Below, piece by piece: positions 39,903 through 53,694 of a stretch of 64,000 bases of DNA. The notes beneath the pieces were generated by a model. The model was not told the origin of the DNA. It was given only the letters and a program-made list of their open reading frames with translations, and did no database searches. A program made the translations under genes and the position numbers. This DNA comes from Haliotis rubra (lineage: Eukaryota): the NCBI RefSeq assembly GCF_003918875.1, contig NW_025765758.1, forward strand, positions 496,001 to 560,000, given 5' to 3'. Numbering within the stretch: position 1 is the first letter of the stretch; each line of letters starts with the position of its first letter.

Positions 39903-40791
39903 TAGTGTAAATGTAGCCACTTTCTTCAGGCAACTGTTCTATACTAGATTTTGCAAAATATTCCATACTGTTTAAAGGTACTGTTTACACATGAACTGAT
40001 GTATTGTAAAACAAATTTGTAATGTTGTAAAGATTATTGTCATGAGTTCAATAAATGATGAAAATTGGTGAATTCTTAAGAAAACTTTACACCAAAACGC
40101 AACTGTCCACATGCACGATATTTGGCAATAATTTGCACATGCTTTTCAGCAATTTGATGCATGATCCTCGTGCAATTCATCTGCTTAAGGTTTAGAGTTG
40201 GTTCCCCGAAGTTAGTGGAGAAATTCATCTTCGATGTAACCTCATATATATACATCTCATATAGTGACTGCTTTAAGTGAGTCTAACCTTTTGATGGGGA
40301 GTATAGATGGACACACTTGTATCTCAAAGCCATAATCGTCATTGCGTAATGTATTGATAATAAAACTGGAATATATTGCCAGTTGAACTAGAATAGGCAT
40401 ATATATGGCAGATTTTGATTAGATTTGAAGGACACTCGATGCATCCGTATTGCGTTTCAATTACATCTTGTTGCAGTATTTTAAATCACATCAACTGCAA
40501 ATGATTCCTTGTGGAATTCATTATCAGATATCAAAGCCTGAGTGTTTCTTATTAACTCGTCCCCATGAGGCATGTACAACTGTACTTGTATCTGATGGAT
40601 AGAAGTAGAGTGTAAGTGATACATAACTGTTCTTGTTTCGTCGAATTCGAATCTGTGGCTTAACACTGTAACAGTATCATTTAGCTATCAGTGTACAATT
40701 CTACCATTATGCAGTGACAGACTATGCCAGATATGTTTACGGTAGGACTGTTGGACTTACTGTCAGACTACAAAGTGTATTGCGTCTAGTC

Positions 40792-40995
40792 GTCTATCCT
40801 ATCAAATGTACTCAATCACACCACCTATGCTGTCAGATGTATTGGGTCTTGTCAGGTGTACTGTGTCAGGCCAAATAACATATCACGTGTACAGCGTCAG
40901 ACCACCTATGCTGTCAGGTGTATTGGGTCTTGTCAGGTGAACTGTGTCAGACCAAATATAATATCACGTGTACAGCGTCAGACCACATATCCTGT
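40792..40995 (+). repeat. Short degenerate minisatellite array with a local ~75-bp duplication
   Basis: cacctatgctgtcag...cagcgtcagac repeated twice. Confidence 0.75.
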
Positions 40996-41899
40996 TTATT
41001 CTAAATTAATAGAAAAGGTTTGTCCTTTCCGTAAAGGTAGATAAAAAAGACGGTATTTTCAAGGAAAGGTTTGACTCCTAGAAATATAAAAGCATAAAAT
41101 ATACCCCATGAGACATACGATGTAGTCAAAAATAGATTATATTATGAACGAGCAAGCTTAAGGCAACCGAAGTATTAAATATGCTCGGCATACATTTAAC
41201 GAGCAGGCTAGCTATTCTCGAAACGTTAACGTTCGTAGCCCTACGAACTTCTTAAGCCCATTCTTAACACACTGGCTACGATTAAAGTAAAGAATTCTTA
41301 GGGCTACGAACGTTTCGAGAATAAGGGCCCAGGTGACACGTTTGACAAGCGGGTCAATTATTTAACACTAGCCCCCTTTCCGTAAATGTACTTACAAAGG
41401 ACGTCAAATTAATGGTGCAATGTCATTCTACTAAGATACGCCTAATTGCGGGTGTCTTAACATTTCGGTTTTATTTCGTCAAATTACTATCTAAATATTT
41501 GACCATGTCAAGCTCTTGTGTTATTGACGTGAAATATGTTATTAGATTCATTCTGGGAAAACAATTGCTTAATTGTAAATAGGTTTTAATCATAATCATT
41601 CTGGAATTTGACAGAACTTTGAACTGATCTCAAAGAAAGAGACTTCTGCTGTTAAAGTGGGTGAATGAGTGATTATTGCTTAACGCCGTGTCTGCAATCA
41701 TGCGACTATTCCAGGCAATCCTGGGATTAGACACTGAGATCTTGATTTACACATACAGAAGAACTGGCTTGAAAATATTTATGCCACGCACGTAGATGTA
41801 TTGACACCAATAGCTACTTCAACCTGTCGAAGACTAATGTATTATTATTATGAATCAGTTTATCTGGTCCCAGCTGTATGCCTCAGTGAGAATTGATAG

Positions 41900-44800
41900 G
41901 AGTCCTGTCCTTCCCTGCCCTAAACAATCACGTATTCACTGATTGCATATCAGAGCGCACCGCGCATTGATGAAACACCAGTCCAGTAGATACCGGAACT
42001 CAAAACACTCAGGAGAATGGCACTGCAGTATGGTGTCTGATGTCTTGAGTAATGCCCAGTCGGTGGAGATTCACTGCCGGCGTTTTACAGCAGTCCTAAT
42101 GAAGCATGCATCGAGAGTAGATTGCTAACAATAACCGTCCTTGGGATAAGAGTTATCATTGTGAATGGCCCCTACACTACCATATTACTAGCGATAGCCT
42201 ACACTCCTGGCGATGTGGACGTAAGGAGAACAGTCTGTGATTCGTATTAGTGTAGCACTTGTGACTAGATTTACCTTAACGTTGTGCCCTGACCTTATCA
42301 GACCCCTTCTGTGACTGCAGCTAACACACAAACTACCTGTCTGTCTCCTTGCCAACATTATAACCTAGGCAGTCTTGATCTCCAACCAAGCTTTGTATTT
42401 TCTATTCGAGGTGATCTTTTAATGAACATACTGAGTACCGACATATTTAAATATCAATTTTATACTAATTAATTTGCATGATATAGGTTGTATTATAACG
42501 TTCGCGAAGGCTTTGTTGGTTTAAGGATAATAATCCATTGCATTTCATGCTCATAAAACTATAATATCTGTGGATTGGCAGTGACTTTTGCTCTGCTTTC
42601 TGATCCCGAAGTTTTATTGGCGATCCTGTGTGAACTTTGGGACGCTGTGATACTCGCCGTGGCGTTGCGTGGGCGATGTAGTTTTCTTTGGAGTGAGCTA
42701 ATGACGGGATGTTGTTTTCATTGTTTAGTTTGACATATGTGTGGTGTCTTGTGGCGATAGTTTGTTGTTTGTGGTGTTGTGTTGAATATTTTATGACAGC
42801 TATGGTTTGTTTTTGCTGTGGTGTGTTGGAGGTGTTGCACCTTCAAATGTTCTATAGAACATACAACTTTTACCAATGTAATTTCCTGCTTTGTCTTGTT
42901 CAAAACGTCCGGTTTTTGTTTTGAAGTAAGTAATTGACTTTCCTTTCCAGGTGTTTGTAACTGGTGCCACTTATTGGACAGCCGCTGCTATGTTTGTTGG
43001 TGGCTTCTTACTACGTTAATTTCTGTATAATGACTGCATGGCGAGATTTTTAACCATCTCTAAAGTATGATCTTGTAAAAGTCTTACTCAAGCATCTTTA
43101 GGAGTGGGAATGTCCGCAAACCTGATGCATTCCCCAGGCACCGACAGGTATGTGTCAATTAAACATCTACATTTAGCATATGTAACGACGACCAGCGTCC
43201 CCGACGCACGATTTATCACACGAGGTTCGTGTTGTTCTTCCACAGGACTTCACATTGGGTGTCTCTCTTGCAGAGCGGTTATACTGTTTGAAAACACAGC
43301 TATAGCTAATGACGTCTGTACCTTGTCACTCTCATTTGCGAGTTCTCTACACAAGAATATCACCTGGAATATTCATAACAGCACGTACTGCAACAATGAA
43401 GGAGCAATTTATTACAATCTTGACCGCCATTGTTTCTCTGGAATGTTAACATTACCGGAAGTAGGACGTGACAAATCCACCAGTCAGGATCTCATCACTG
43501 CAGAGTACTGTTGATTCAGGAACTGAAAATAATAACCCTTCGATGTTATAAGTCGTGGCTAAAGTTTGAGCCATTGTATCAGCAAAGTAGATTGGTGCCT
43601 CGTGTCGCTGATTATATGAATGGTGTATTTCAAAGGATCTACAAAACACTTGGTACTAGTGTCCTTCCACCAGTGTGTGTCAAACACTGGCAACAACTCC
43701 CTTGGTGATACTGTTTCACTACTGTCTCGATAATACATAATAATCACTACTGTCTCGATAATAGGCTTTTTCATGGTGGCGGACAATGCGTTATGTTGTG
43801 TCTCATCGTGGTGGTTTGCGAGAACTGTTGTTTTCATTCGCGGCGCAGACACGATTTCAAGCCCAAAAGAAGTATCAACTTGCATTCCTTTAACACGACC
43901 TTGATAAAAACTGCTAGTTTGGTGCAGGAAACTTACTCTTGGAGTTTCCGTCTGGTATCTTCTCTCTTAGTGCTATAGTCTGACAGCTCCATCAAGCAAA
44001 ATACAAACAAGTCTCTTCACTTAACTAATTCTCTCTTCATTCTACTGTCTGACACCAAATTCTTGCTGACACTTATCTCAAAATCTCCTCGTTCTATTTT
44101 CATGTGAAGGTTCATCTAAACTTACTTTTACGAAAATGCTTTGGCGCTTCACTTCAAACATCCCCTGATAGTTTCTTTGAGAGCATTTCGAAATTGGACA
44201 TGGTCTGATAAACGAAAACATTCTAACACCATTATCACGAAACCGTAAATGTCACTTGCGTGATCATGGATCAAGCGCTTCAGAGAAATGACAAGAACAT
44301 GCTTGATTATGTTATGAGAATATACACCTAAGTTGTTTATCTACAACTTTCCCACGTGAAGCTCAGCTGTTTTGGTGTTCGGCCAAACTGTACAGCTGTG
44401 GTGATTCTCTTGTTTTGAAATATGTTCTCATTGATACAAAACACGGCAAACAATGCTCATTCACATCCATTAGTCATCTTAATTACAGGAACTTGACGAG
44501 GCATTAATGTGAAGTTCAATGATAATGTTTTCAAAGACAATCGATCCTTGCGACCCCATCATTTTCTGGCTTGTCTTTTCTCCATATAAATAATATCATT
44601 GGAAGCGCAATATGATGACAAGGGATCTGTAAGACATCCTGTAAATACAACTCACTCCCAAAGACACCCAGATGATATACATGGAACTATTTCTTCAAAT
44701 ATTTCTCCCCAGCCCGGAGCTGTTTGAAGAATAATACGGAAACAAATCGGTAGTCCAAGCGCTCCAGTTGCCGAAATTCACTGTGAAGAAATCTTTTGTC

Positions 44801-46350
44801 TTGCTTTCAAATCCCAGTTCTCCACAAACCTATTTCGGATTTTATTTCATTATCTCGGGCTTTACACTCACATAAAACCAATATCGCACCCACTTATTGA
44901 CGTTTTTCAATGGAGAACTCATCGCCACGTACGTTGTAGCGGGATATAGTATAGCCTGAAACACTGTTGACATTGTGTGCTGGTAATTAGGTGAAAATTA
45001 GAATGTGGGTTCGAGTCCCGGATTATACTCGAACCCAAATGTACTAGAATGTGTACTTTAGTAAGAAAGTGTAATCCACAAAATGACACAAACTACTTTA
45101 TTATCGCGCAACTGAGTTAGAGTAAATATACGTTTATTTTTCTTGTCAAGTCTTGATTATCATTTATGTAAAATACATCCTATCAGTTTGACCTATGGCA
45201 TGCTGTGACACACCAGCGGGTAACGTTTTCCAATAACTGGGTTTTAAAACGAGAAGAGACACCAACTTTGGCTCTTCGTACTCATTATTCTGCTATCACA
45301 TATCAAATATCACATTACTGTTATTGAATGAATATAATTTCTGCTCCCATTGCTGTGGACGAATATTGTGTTCAATCACTTAAATGCAATCAATATTACA
45401 TAATGTAATACCAAATTCACAAAGCAATAACTTTCCCCATTTCAGGGTGAAGTTATCAATCATGTAGTGTTATTACACCGGAATTTTTTGCGTGTAGTTA
45501 ACGACCCCACGGTGAGCCATTGCTTCGGGGTAACACGGGATTTTGCATTAAGCCCATCTGCGTAACTTTCACTCGCTTTATCTCGTGTTCAAGTGGTCAC
45601 TTGAGGAGAGACATAAATATAAAATACCAATTCAATTCGATGTTATCCCCATGAGCAGTGATTGTTCTGAAATGTCTTTCGGTGCAAGTGTGTGGACGTC
45701 ATCGGTATGTCTCATACATCCCAGCTTTGTTGCATTCATTAGGAAAATAACGATCTCTTCAAACTATCATTTCTCAATTTGATATCTTCTTATGTATTAA
45801 AGTGCATACATTCAATCAATCGGTTTGTCGATTGCATTTTAATTTGTTAGTTTAGATAAACATCACATTTACCACATAATAAAGACATACATCAACTATT
45901 AAACTGTTTGGGGTTTTTACGCTAGAACGGCAAACATCCACTGGTAACCCGAGTAATGTCAGCAATCCTGATGGGAAATCATACTCTCAAGCTCAAGTAC
46001 TTTCAGTTCCCATGATCTCTGGCAAGGCTTTGATTTCTGAAAGCCTATACTTTGGTTTCAATTCAGCAGATTTAATATACTGTATTGTAATGTAATAACT
46101 TTGTGGAAATATAATTTACGAGGTTTAAGAGACAGAAATAGATCTATTTTTTTTAAAGAATGAAAGAAAATTCCCGGAGGATCATTAAAACAAACTGATG
46201 GTGTGAAATTTGATACTAAAACGATTTTCTTTGAGGGTGAGAAGAGTGCTAACGGAGTCCTCCATGCTTGAAAACTGCACATCAGTCCACATGTGGTTTC
46301 TTTTGGTTTGCAGCGAACTAAACAAACTCTTCCGAGGTACTTATATATCA
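41900..46350 (-). pseudogene. Most contiguous copy of the unidentified decayed, intronless coding-like cassette
   Basis: Long runs of protein-like minus-strand sequence broken by stops and frameshifts, e.g. QNNEYEEPKLVSLLVLKPSYWKTLPAGVSQHAIGQTDRMYFT*, GELGFESKTKDFFTVNF and EAPIYFADTMAQTLATTYNIEGLLFSVPESTVLCSDEILTGGFVTSYF. No homolog recognised. Confidence 0.4.
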
Positions 46351-47954
46351 GATTGTACCTCAACACACTCAGATGTTCAAAGATGCAATTTGATGACTCT
46401 TGATGCCAATATTATGTGTTTTAACTTTCGGCCAGCTTATTATATACTACTATCCTACTGTCTTACTGGCCTTTGGTACATGGTATTTCATATTGCTTAC
46501 CTTGATTTCATCCTATACGGTTGTAATATTGTCAATGTGATGTCAAATTTTAACTCACTCACCCACTCGTGACCGTTCAATAGTCACTGTACTAACTGAA
46601 CAGTGAACCATCATTGGTAAGGTACTTAAGTCTATATCGTTCTGATGTTTGTTTTGAGACGTGCAGGGTGTGAGGTACTTTTCTATTTAAGGCTTCGTCT
46701 ATTATGGTATTTACGGTGCAGTGGACATCCCTCGCGTCAGTGTCCCACGTCCTCTAGTCTCATTACCTGCCAATGAGTCCCTTGTTGACGCTTGCCGCTA
46801 CATCACGTAAACCAACAGTCCACGGGGGACGTCAAACGGGCCCTCATCACCATCCACTCGCAGTAACTGCAGCAAATAAACAAGTTGTGTTTACGGGTAC
46901 CAGAACACGTGGGCAATGGAGATATTTAGTATTCTTGACACGTGAAAGCCATTTGACATGGTGACATTGGCAGTTATCAAAGGTGCCACACACTCTAAGG
47001 AGGACGCCAATCAGATTTGAGAACAAATATTGAAAGGCAACAAAGGGCGTTAACTCTTGGGTAAGGAACACCAATGAACGCTTTCCTCCATCTCTGCCTA
47101 ATACTACAAATGTTATAAACAGAAAGATCAACATCTTTTTTTTATCCTATGTTAATATTTGTTACAAATAAAACGTCATTGTCAGAGAATAACTAGCTTC
47201 GTTTATCCACCGAATCAGTGATAAAACCATTGATTTCAAGTGACCCATTCATTCGATTTTCTGCTCTATTTGCCTTTAACGCCAAATCAATTTAATAATT
47301 TTTCAGTGTCCCATTCATGTACTTTTTTACACTATTTCCCCTTTAACGCCAACTGGAATCAGTTGCGCAGATAATCGAGACTGATCTTTTTCTTGCGTTA
47401 ACGTTTTACAGTCTCTTAAGCAGTTACGGTAGGAGTGTAGCCTTATAATGGCCCTGTAGACACATTATCTTCAGCTGGTAACTTGCCCATCTTTTTTTCC
47501 ACTTGTCAGGTTGATGGGAGAGTTATTGCCAATAACGCTTGTCAGACTGGCCCACTGATACCACGGTACTGCATTCCCTCCAGAGGTCGAGACCATTTAC
47601 AACCATTTTTAATCATCTCCTTCCCATTAGGAGGCAACGTTCTGCGCCTCCAGCAACGTTTGATAGTAGCTAGGGCAACAGGGATTGAGCCTTTAAGTGG
47701 ATCAAGTAAATCATCATCCATGAAATCTTTATTTCTTCAGATGAAAGCGCCCACATAGATTAATATTCCTTGAGGATCAGTATGTGCCATACACGAAACA
47801 GGAATTAGACGAAAAAGAAATTAAGTGGATGTTACACAATGTTATATACCTGTGTGTTTAAGGGTTCTTTAGCGCATTATTTAGAAGATATTGTGACATT
47901 TAATACATCATTCACAATAATCCTTCATGTCCAACTAATCTGATTAGTTTCTGG

Positions 47955-48290
47955 TGGCATGGCTGCATATTGAGTGGACCCGATTTGCAGTAAAGACAAA
48001 TTTGAGTATTTACTGTATGGCGTCGATATGACAGTGAGTGTGTTTAGTGGACCCGAGTAAAGAAAGGTATTGCCTATCTACTTTATGGCGTCCGTATGTT
48101 TGTCTACATCGATGGTGGTCATGATGTACACTTGACGTATAGTTCAGACATATTGCCTGTCTTCTTTATGGCGTCAATATGGCTGTTTTCTTCCAGGGTG
48201 GACATGAAGTATTACCTGTTTACTGTGTGGCGTGTATAGGGCTGTGGGCGGTCTTTATGAATACTCGGCGTGCAGTAAACACGAATGTTT
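47955..48290 (+). repeat. Degenerate ~60-85-bp tandem repeat
   Basis: About four recurrences of tattgcctgtctactttatggcgtc..tatg....gtggac. Confidence 0.6.
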
Positions 48291-48616
48291 ATTGAATCTC
48301 ATGTTTGATTAGCGTTTTAAAGTCAGTCAGTAATAAGAACGAAAGATACTTCATGGATGACAACTTCAATCTTTATTATATATGATGCGACGTTTCGGTA
48401 TAGATTCTTATGCCGTTGTCATGCCAAAGTGAAGTACTGCGATACAGAACAAACCGATATGCATCAACAGAGATTAAGCAGAAAACATGTTACTGAATGG
48501 CGTCCGATTATGATGGGTGCCCGGTTTGAAGTAGAGACACCCATGAGCAATTGCACTGACCAACACATGGTCATGATAATCTTGAAATTAGGATCATAGG
48601 ATCCTGGTACATGGTA

Positions 48617-48807
48617 CGACGAAGGACAGTAAAACAACTAGAATATCACAATTAGAATTAAAACTAGCGTGGAAAGTTTAAAAACTAATAGCACTATTGG
48701 GACAATACAATATAAAATCAGGCTATAGATCGCCAACAACAGAAGGTAGATCACCATACTAGGGACCATGGGGACTTACAGTACCTTTGCTACCTGCATG
48801 GACCTGG
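48617..48807 (-). mobile_element. Nimb/I-like LINE 3'UTR fragment (family C)
   Basis: Colinear with 49716-50313. Confidence 0.8.
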
Positions 48808-49715
48808 TACTTATAAGGCACATAACGAGTTAAACCTAAAAGTGAGATTATTGTGTGGACGAAACCTGATTAATAACTGAAAATGTATTCAATATTTTCG
48901 GAAATGAGTTTTTCTTTACAAAAATTGTTACAATGCTTTTCACACCCTAACCATGCTAATGCCACGAGGGAATACTTAGTCTGCTGTTTACTCCAGAAAA
49001 GATTCGTAATGGAATCACCCTTACCAACTTAATGACCACAAAGATGACCATTTGTCTGCACCCTGTCTGAGACTCCCCCTGCAGCAATTACCTGTGCTTA
49101 TAGTGACCCCGGGCAGTGGATATCATTAAGCAACTTACACGCTGGGTGGACTCGAGGGATGGACAGTCAATTTAATGGCCGAAGAACTGTGATCAGATTA
49201 CAAAATCACATCTCAACGGATAGTCTCTAATCTTAACAACAGTTTGCCAGACTCGGTTGGGAAAAGAAGGCTGCTCTTACATGACAGAACTGCACTTGAG
49301 ATCTTTATGTTTAATAAAACTCAATCACATCGGAATGAAGAGACACTTAAAGTTGCCCCCAGTGGTCAACGTCACTGCAAGGTGGCTGTTGAACCATTAA
49401 AGAAATCCCTCTTGTCCTCAGATCACCATTCATGTCCGCGTCAGTTAGTGATAACAGCTCCTGATTCATGTCACGCTCGGAATACAAGCATGCGGTTAGA
49501 GCCAAGTAACGGCGTCTACTTGAAAACATTAATTTGCTGCCGTTCACACATTCTCTGAGGGCTTTTTGTCCTTGACCAAAACATAAGAAAAAGGGTGTTT
49601 TTTTATTTCTGCCGACTTGATCGCAGGACCTTCCGCCTGCTCATTCCATTGCTTCCTTCCTGTGTCAGTGCTGAGATGAAGGCTGTAGGTAGAGGACAAG
49701 TGAAAATTAGCAAGA

Positions 49716-50313
49716 GTGAGTGAGTGAGTTAATATTTAACGTCACATCGGCAATATTTCAGCCATATCGTGACGAGAATAATTAATTCGTGACGAAAGTA
49801 AGTAATGGTAAACTATAAAAACCTGTCAACGAAGGACAGTAAAATAACTAGATTACCACAGATTTGAATTTAAAACTAGTAATTAAATCAAAAAAAGTTT
49901 AACTATAGATGACAATACAAGGTAAAAACAGGCTATATATTGCCAACAACTGAGTGTGAAGGTAGATCACCATACTAGGGACCATGGGGACATGCAGTAC
50001 ATTTGCTTCCTGCATGGACCCTAGCTGGATTTACACCATCCCCTCAGCTATTAGCAATGTTGTATAATCTAGCCATATATTAAACGAATGGTAGTAGGTT
50101 TAAATTTACTTTGAATGTTTTGGGACTTACTTACCCTCTCAGGAGGACAATAATTTTACGCTACTAATTAAATTACATATATGTACTGAACGTATTATTC
50201 AAAATTCATTCATTAAATCAATTTCTTTTAAAAAGCCAATAATTAAATGAAAATTAACAGTGTTAAAAAGATCCTTAACTGTTTTCACATTGAAGTATTT
50301 ATCCCTTATGATG
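49716..50313 (-). mobile_element. 5'-truncated Nimb/I-clade LINE 3' end (family C)
   Basis: 14-bp TSD gaaaattagcaaga; ORF2 end IIRDKYFNVKTVKDLFNTVNFHLIIGFLKEIDLMNEF*; (ACTC)n tail. Confidence 0.85.
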
Positions 50314-50940
50314 GAAAATTAGCAAGAAGGCTAAGTGTTAGGTATTAACATTCTTCTTTCTTTACATTTCATATATTATACACTATCAGATATCACAGAG
50401 TAAAGAAAATTTAAATATATTAATGACCGAAGTGTCTAACTCAGTGACAGTAACATCTGGTTGAGTCTATTTTGATGTTCTTTGCTTGCAGCTCAGTTTG
50501 AGTTATGGATTCAAAATCTTCAAACAGGACAACAATTGCTTTTGCTGTATATCGTTTATATTCCTGAATAACAAAGAAAACAGAATAACTTTGTTTTAAT
50601 TAGAATTTTTCTTCTTTTCCACATACACATTTCCCATTGTCACTCCTAAATAGCCAAAATAGAGCAAAGGTACACAGTTTTGGTCTTCTGTTCTGTGGTT
50701 TTATTTTGCATATTTTAAACCGACCGACAGACCCAACTTAAGATCACGCTGGTTACGTGGAACACATGAAAAATGCTGTGCTGACATGTATATGCGTTGT
50801 GTTAATCACGTTCACAGATTATGAGGAAACTAAACCACATTTGTATCATGTAATTACACATATGAACATGTATGAATATTAGCACTGCAACTAATCGAAC
50901 AGGAAACGATGTTTCTTGTGTACAGGTAGGGTCTCTCTTG

Positions 50941-51431
50941 TGCGCAGCAAGACTTGTCACTAGAACCAAATCCAGATGTCACATATCTCCCATACTAAAG
51001 TCACTCCAGTGGCTTCCCATCCGCGAAAGAATAAAATTTAAAACGCTATCTCTTGTATATTCAGCACTAAACAGTTCATCGCCCTCCTACATGCAAGATC
51101 TTATAACACCCTACACTCCAGCGCAGTCTCTCAAATCTCAAGACAAAGGTCTTCTCAGTGTCCCAAAATACAAGTTGCAAACTTTTGGCTGCAGATCTTT
51201 CAGCGTTCACGCAGCTTCCCTCTGGAACTCACTACCTCTCCATGTCAAGTCATCTCCTTCCATCTCCATCTTTAAATCAAGACTCAAAACATTCTTGTTC
51301 AACACAACTAAATCTTATAACACTTCTTCCTGTATATAGTGTACATATTTACTGTTGCGCAAAGAGCATGCCCTTGAGGTGTGGAGTTGCGCTCTACAAA
51401 TGTCCATATTATTATTATTACTATTATTATA
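50941..51431 (+). mobile_element. L2-clade LINE 3' fragment
   Basis: AARLVTRTKSRCHISPILKSLQWLPIRERIKFK...RSFSVHAASLWNSLP...FKSRLKTFLF; gcgctctacaaatg followed by a (TTA)n tail. Confidence 0.9.
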
Positions 51432-51732
51432 CACACACAATTATCCTTTTGTATAAAAACACAACGTCATATGTATATAGTTAGTATACCTTTGCATAAA
51501 AAACGTCAAATTATATAACCAGCGTATGTTTACCAGTGGCAAAATGGAATTATTCTGGTCAGTACAACAACAGCTCTAAATAGTCAGTACGCTGTAGTAG
51601 CCGTGTATCAACCTGTCCCACATGACTCTACGCCTGAACACTCTGTGTTAGTATTGGGATTAGACCCTATTGTGAAAATGGGGAAAACTTTGGGTGCAGG
51701 ATGTCCGAATTCTATGCCTGGCCATGCGGTGA

Positions 51733-52006
51733 GTGAGTGAGTGAGTGAGTTAATATTTAACGTCACATCGGCAATATTTGTCATTGAAATGTAATATGTG
51801 TATATTAGAAAAACCTGTCTTCAAAGGACAGTAAAACAACTAGAATATCACAATTACAACTAAAACTAGTGTGGAAAGTTAAAACTAATAGCGCTATTTG
51901 GACAATACAATATAAACTGGCTATAGATCGCCAACAACTGAAGGTAGATTACCAAACTAGGGACCATGGGGACTTACATTATTTTTTGCTACCTGCATGG
52001 ACCCTA
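51733..52006 (-). mobile_element. Family C LINE 3' end
   Basis: 13-bp TSD ggccatgcggtga. Confidence 0.88.
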
Positions 52007-52994
52007 GGCCATGCGGTGACGCTGAGGGTAAACATTTAGAATGCCAATACCACCTTCATACCAATTTCGTTTGTACATACTAATTCTTTTCATTGCAGTC
52101 TTAACATTAAATTATTGAGAGTTGTATTTTACACGCTTTTACCAATACCCCAGAAGTATGACGACAGGGGCACAATACAAGGGTTTCAAACATTGTATCA
52201 ATTCTAAATGTACTCGCATTTCGAATCCAGACCTTTATCACGAGCAAACACTCGAACTGTACAAAGCAATCCCAACACATTGTAAGGTTGTGTGAAAGTC
52301 CCTTTGAGCCCGAGCATGTATTTGAAATATTTATGTGCTTGCTATGCATTTAGTATTGTCTATCATTTGCAATAACTTTGTGTTCTGTCCAACAATATAC
52401 GCAGTATGTCGATAAAATCCGATGTTCATCGAAGTTTCTTTGCTCTCATTCAGAGCGGGTCATGGCGTGAATTGGTATGAAACTGTCCATAGCAGATATC
52501 TTTGATGTCGGTATAAATTTAAACAAATGCGTTAGTGCTTAAAATATCACACAGATATATACATACATGAATACATTGTGTCCTGTGACACATTTTCACT
52601 ATACAAGCCCTGATCACATCCACTAACCAGTCTCCAGAAATCCACCAACCCATGGGACAACTTTAGTACCCTTTTCCTCGAGCTCATAAGTCTCCTTTAT
52701 AACCAAATATGACACGTTGTCTAACTTAATTTACCGCCGTCGTCCTTAAGGCTCTCATCCTAGTTTTTCAATTTGCTTCTGACATCACCTGACAGAGACT
52801 TGAATTGATTGCTTCGTTAACTGATATAAAACTTTCAAGGGAAGCCGGACATTGATCTACTGCCAAATAGACTTCACAACGCGCTGTGTGATTTTCATTA
52901 TGATTAAAGGTTTCCGTGCACGGATGCTGGTAAGTAGTGACGCCACTGTGTCGATCTCTTGCGATATATAGTCACTTCTTTCTATACAAGTAGA

Positions 52995-53342
52995 GTGAGT
53001 GAGTGAGTGAGTTATAATTTATCATCACATCGGCAATATTTCAGCCATATCGTGACGAAAGCATTTAATTGTTATACATAGTAATTTATGGTAAATTATA
53101 AACACCTGTCATCGAAGGACAGTAAAACCAACTAGAATATCACAATATCAAGACATAATAGCATATATCTCTAGGATAGATTTCAGATTAGGACAATACA
53201 ATATGAAAAAGGCTGAGGATCGCCAACAACTGAAGGTAGATCACCACTCTAGGGACCATGGAGACTTACAGTACTTTGGATACCTGCGTGGACCCTAGCT
53301 GGAATTATACCATCCCTTCAGTCATTGGCGATTGTGCTGATA
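52995..53342 (-). mobile_element. Family C LINE 3' end
   Basis: 12-bp TSD tatacaagtaga. Confidence 0.88.
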
Positions 53343-53694
53343 TATACAAGTAGATATATACAAGAAGCAAGGTCGTCACGGAATGGTCGGGTAGGGGTGT
53401 TGGTTTCTCGAGTCACCTGTCCCCGACTACCACATGACTGGAATACTGCTAATAGTGGCTTGAAGCTAACTCACTCACTCACTCTCTCCCTTAAGTTTGT
53501 GTGAGTGAGCGAGTTGGATTTTACATCGAATTTCACTATATTCTAATTTATCAAAACAGGATGGACACCAGAATCGGCATTGTACCTACTGTACCTACTG
53601 AACTGACCCCTTCCATTTGACGAGCGAACACTTGGGTTGCCCACACTTCCCTGAGATTGTGTGCAAGTCCCTTTGAATCGAAGCATGTATTTGA

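Larger units (their letters stand above)
8870..46355. repeat. Nested tandem segmental amplification (lead + cassette + minisatellite + tail modules)
   Basis: Cassette copies start at ~11786, 15541, 18831, 22021, 29195, 32686 and 41475. Tails lie at ~24245-26990, 35165-38235 and 44165-46355. Leads start at ~8870, 27130 and 38375. The same ORF-track peptides recur at matching offsets. Confidence 0.95.

Noticed and set aside
43104-43514. Plus-strand Cys-rich ORFs in the cassette copies
   Set aside because: Start and stop positions vary between copies; they look like antisense shadows of the minus-strand relic
47390-47770. Possible hAT C-terminal relic on the minus strand (LAITLPST*QVE)
   Set aside because: Only a single weak motif, too little to call
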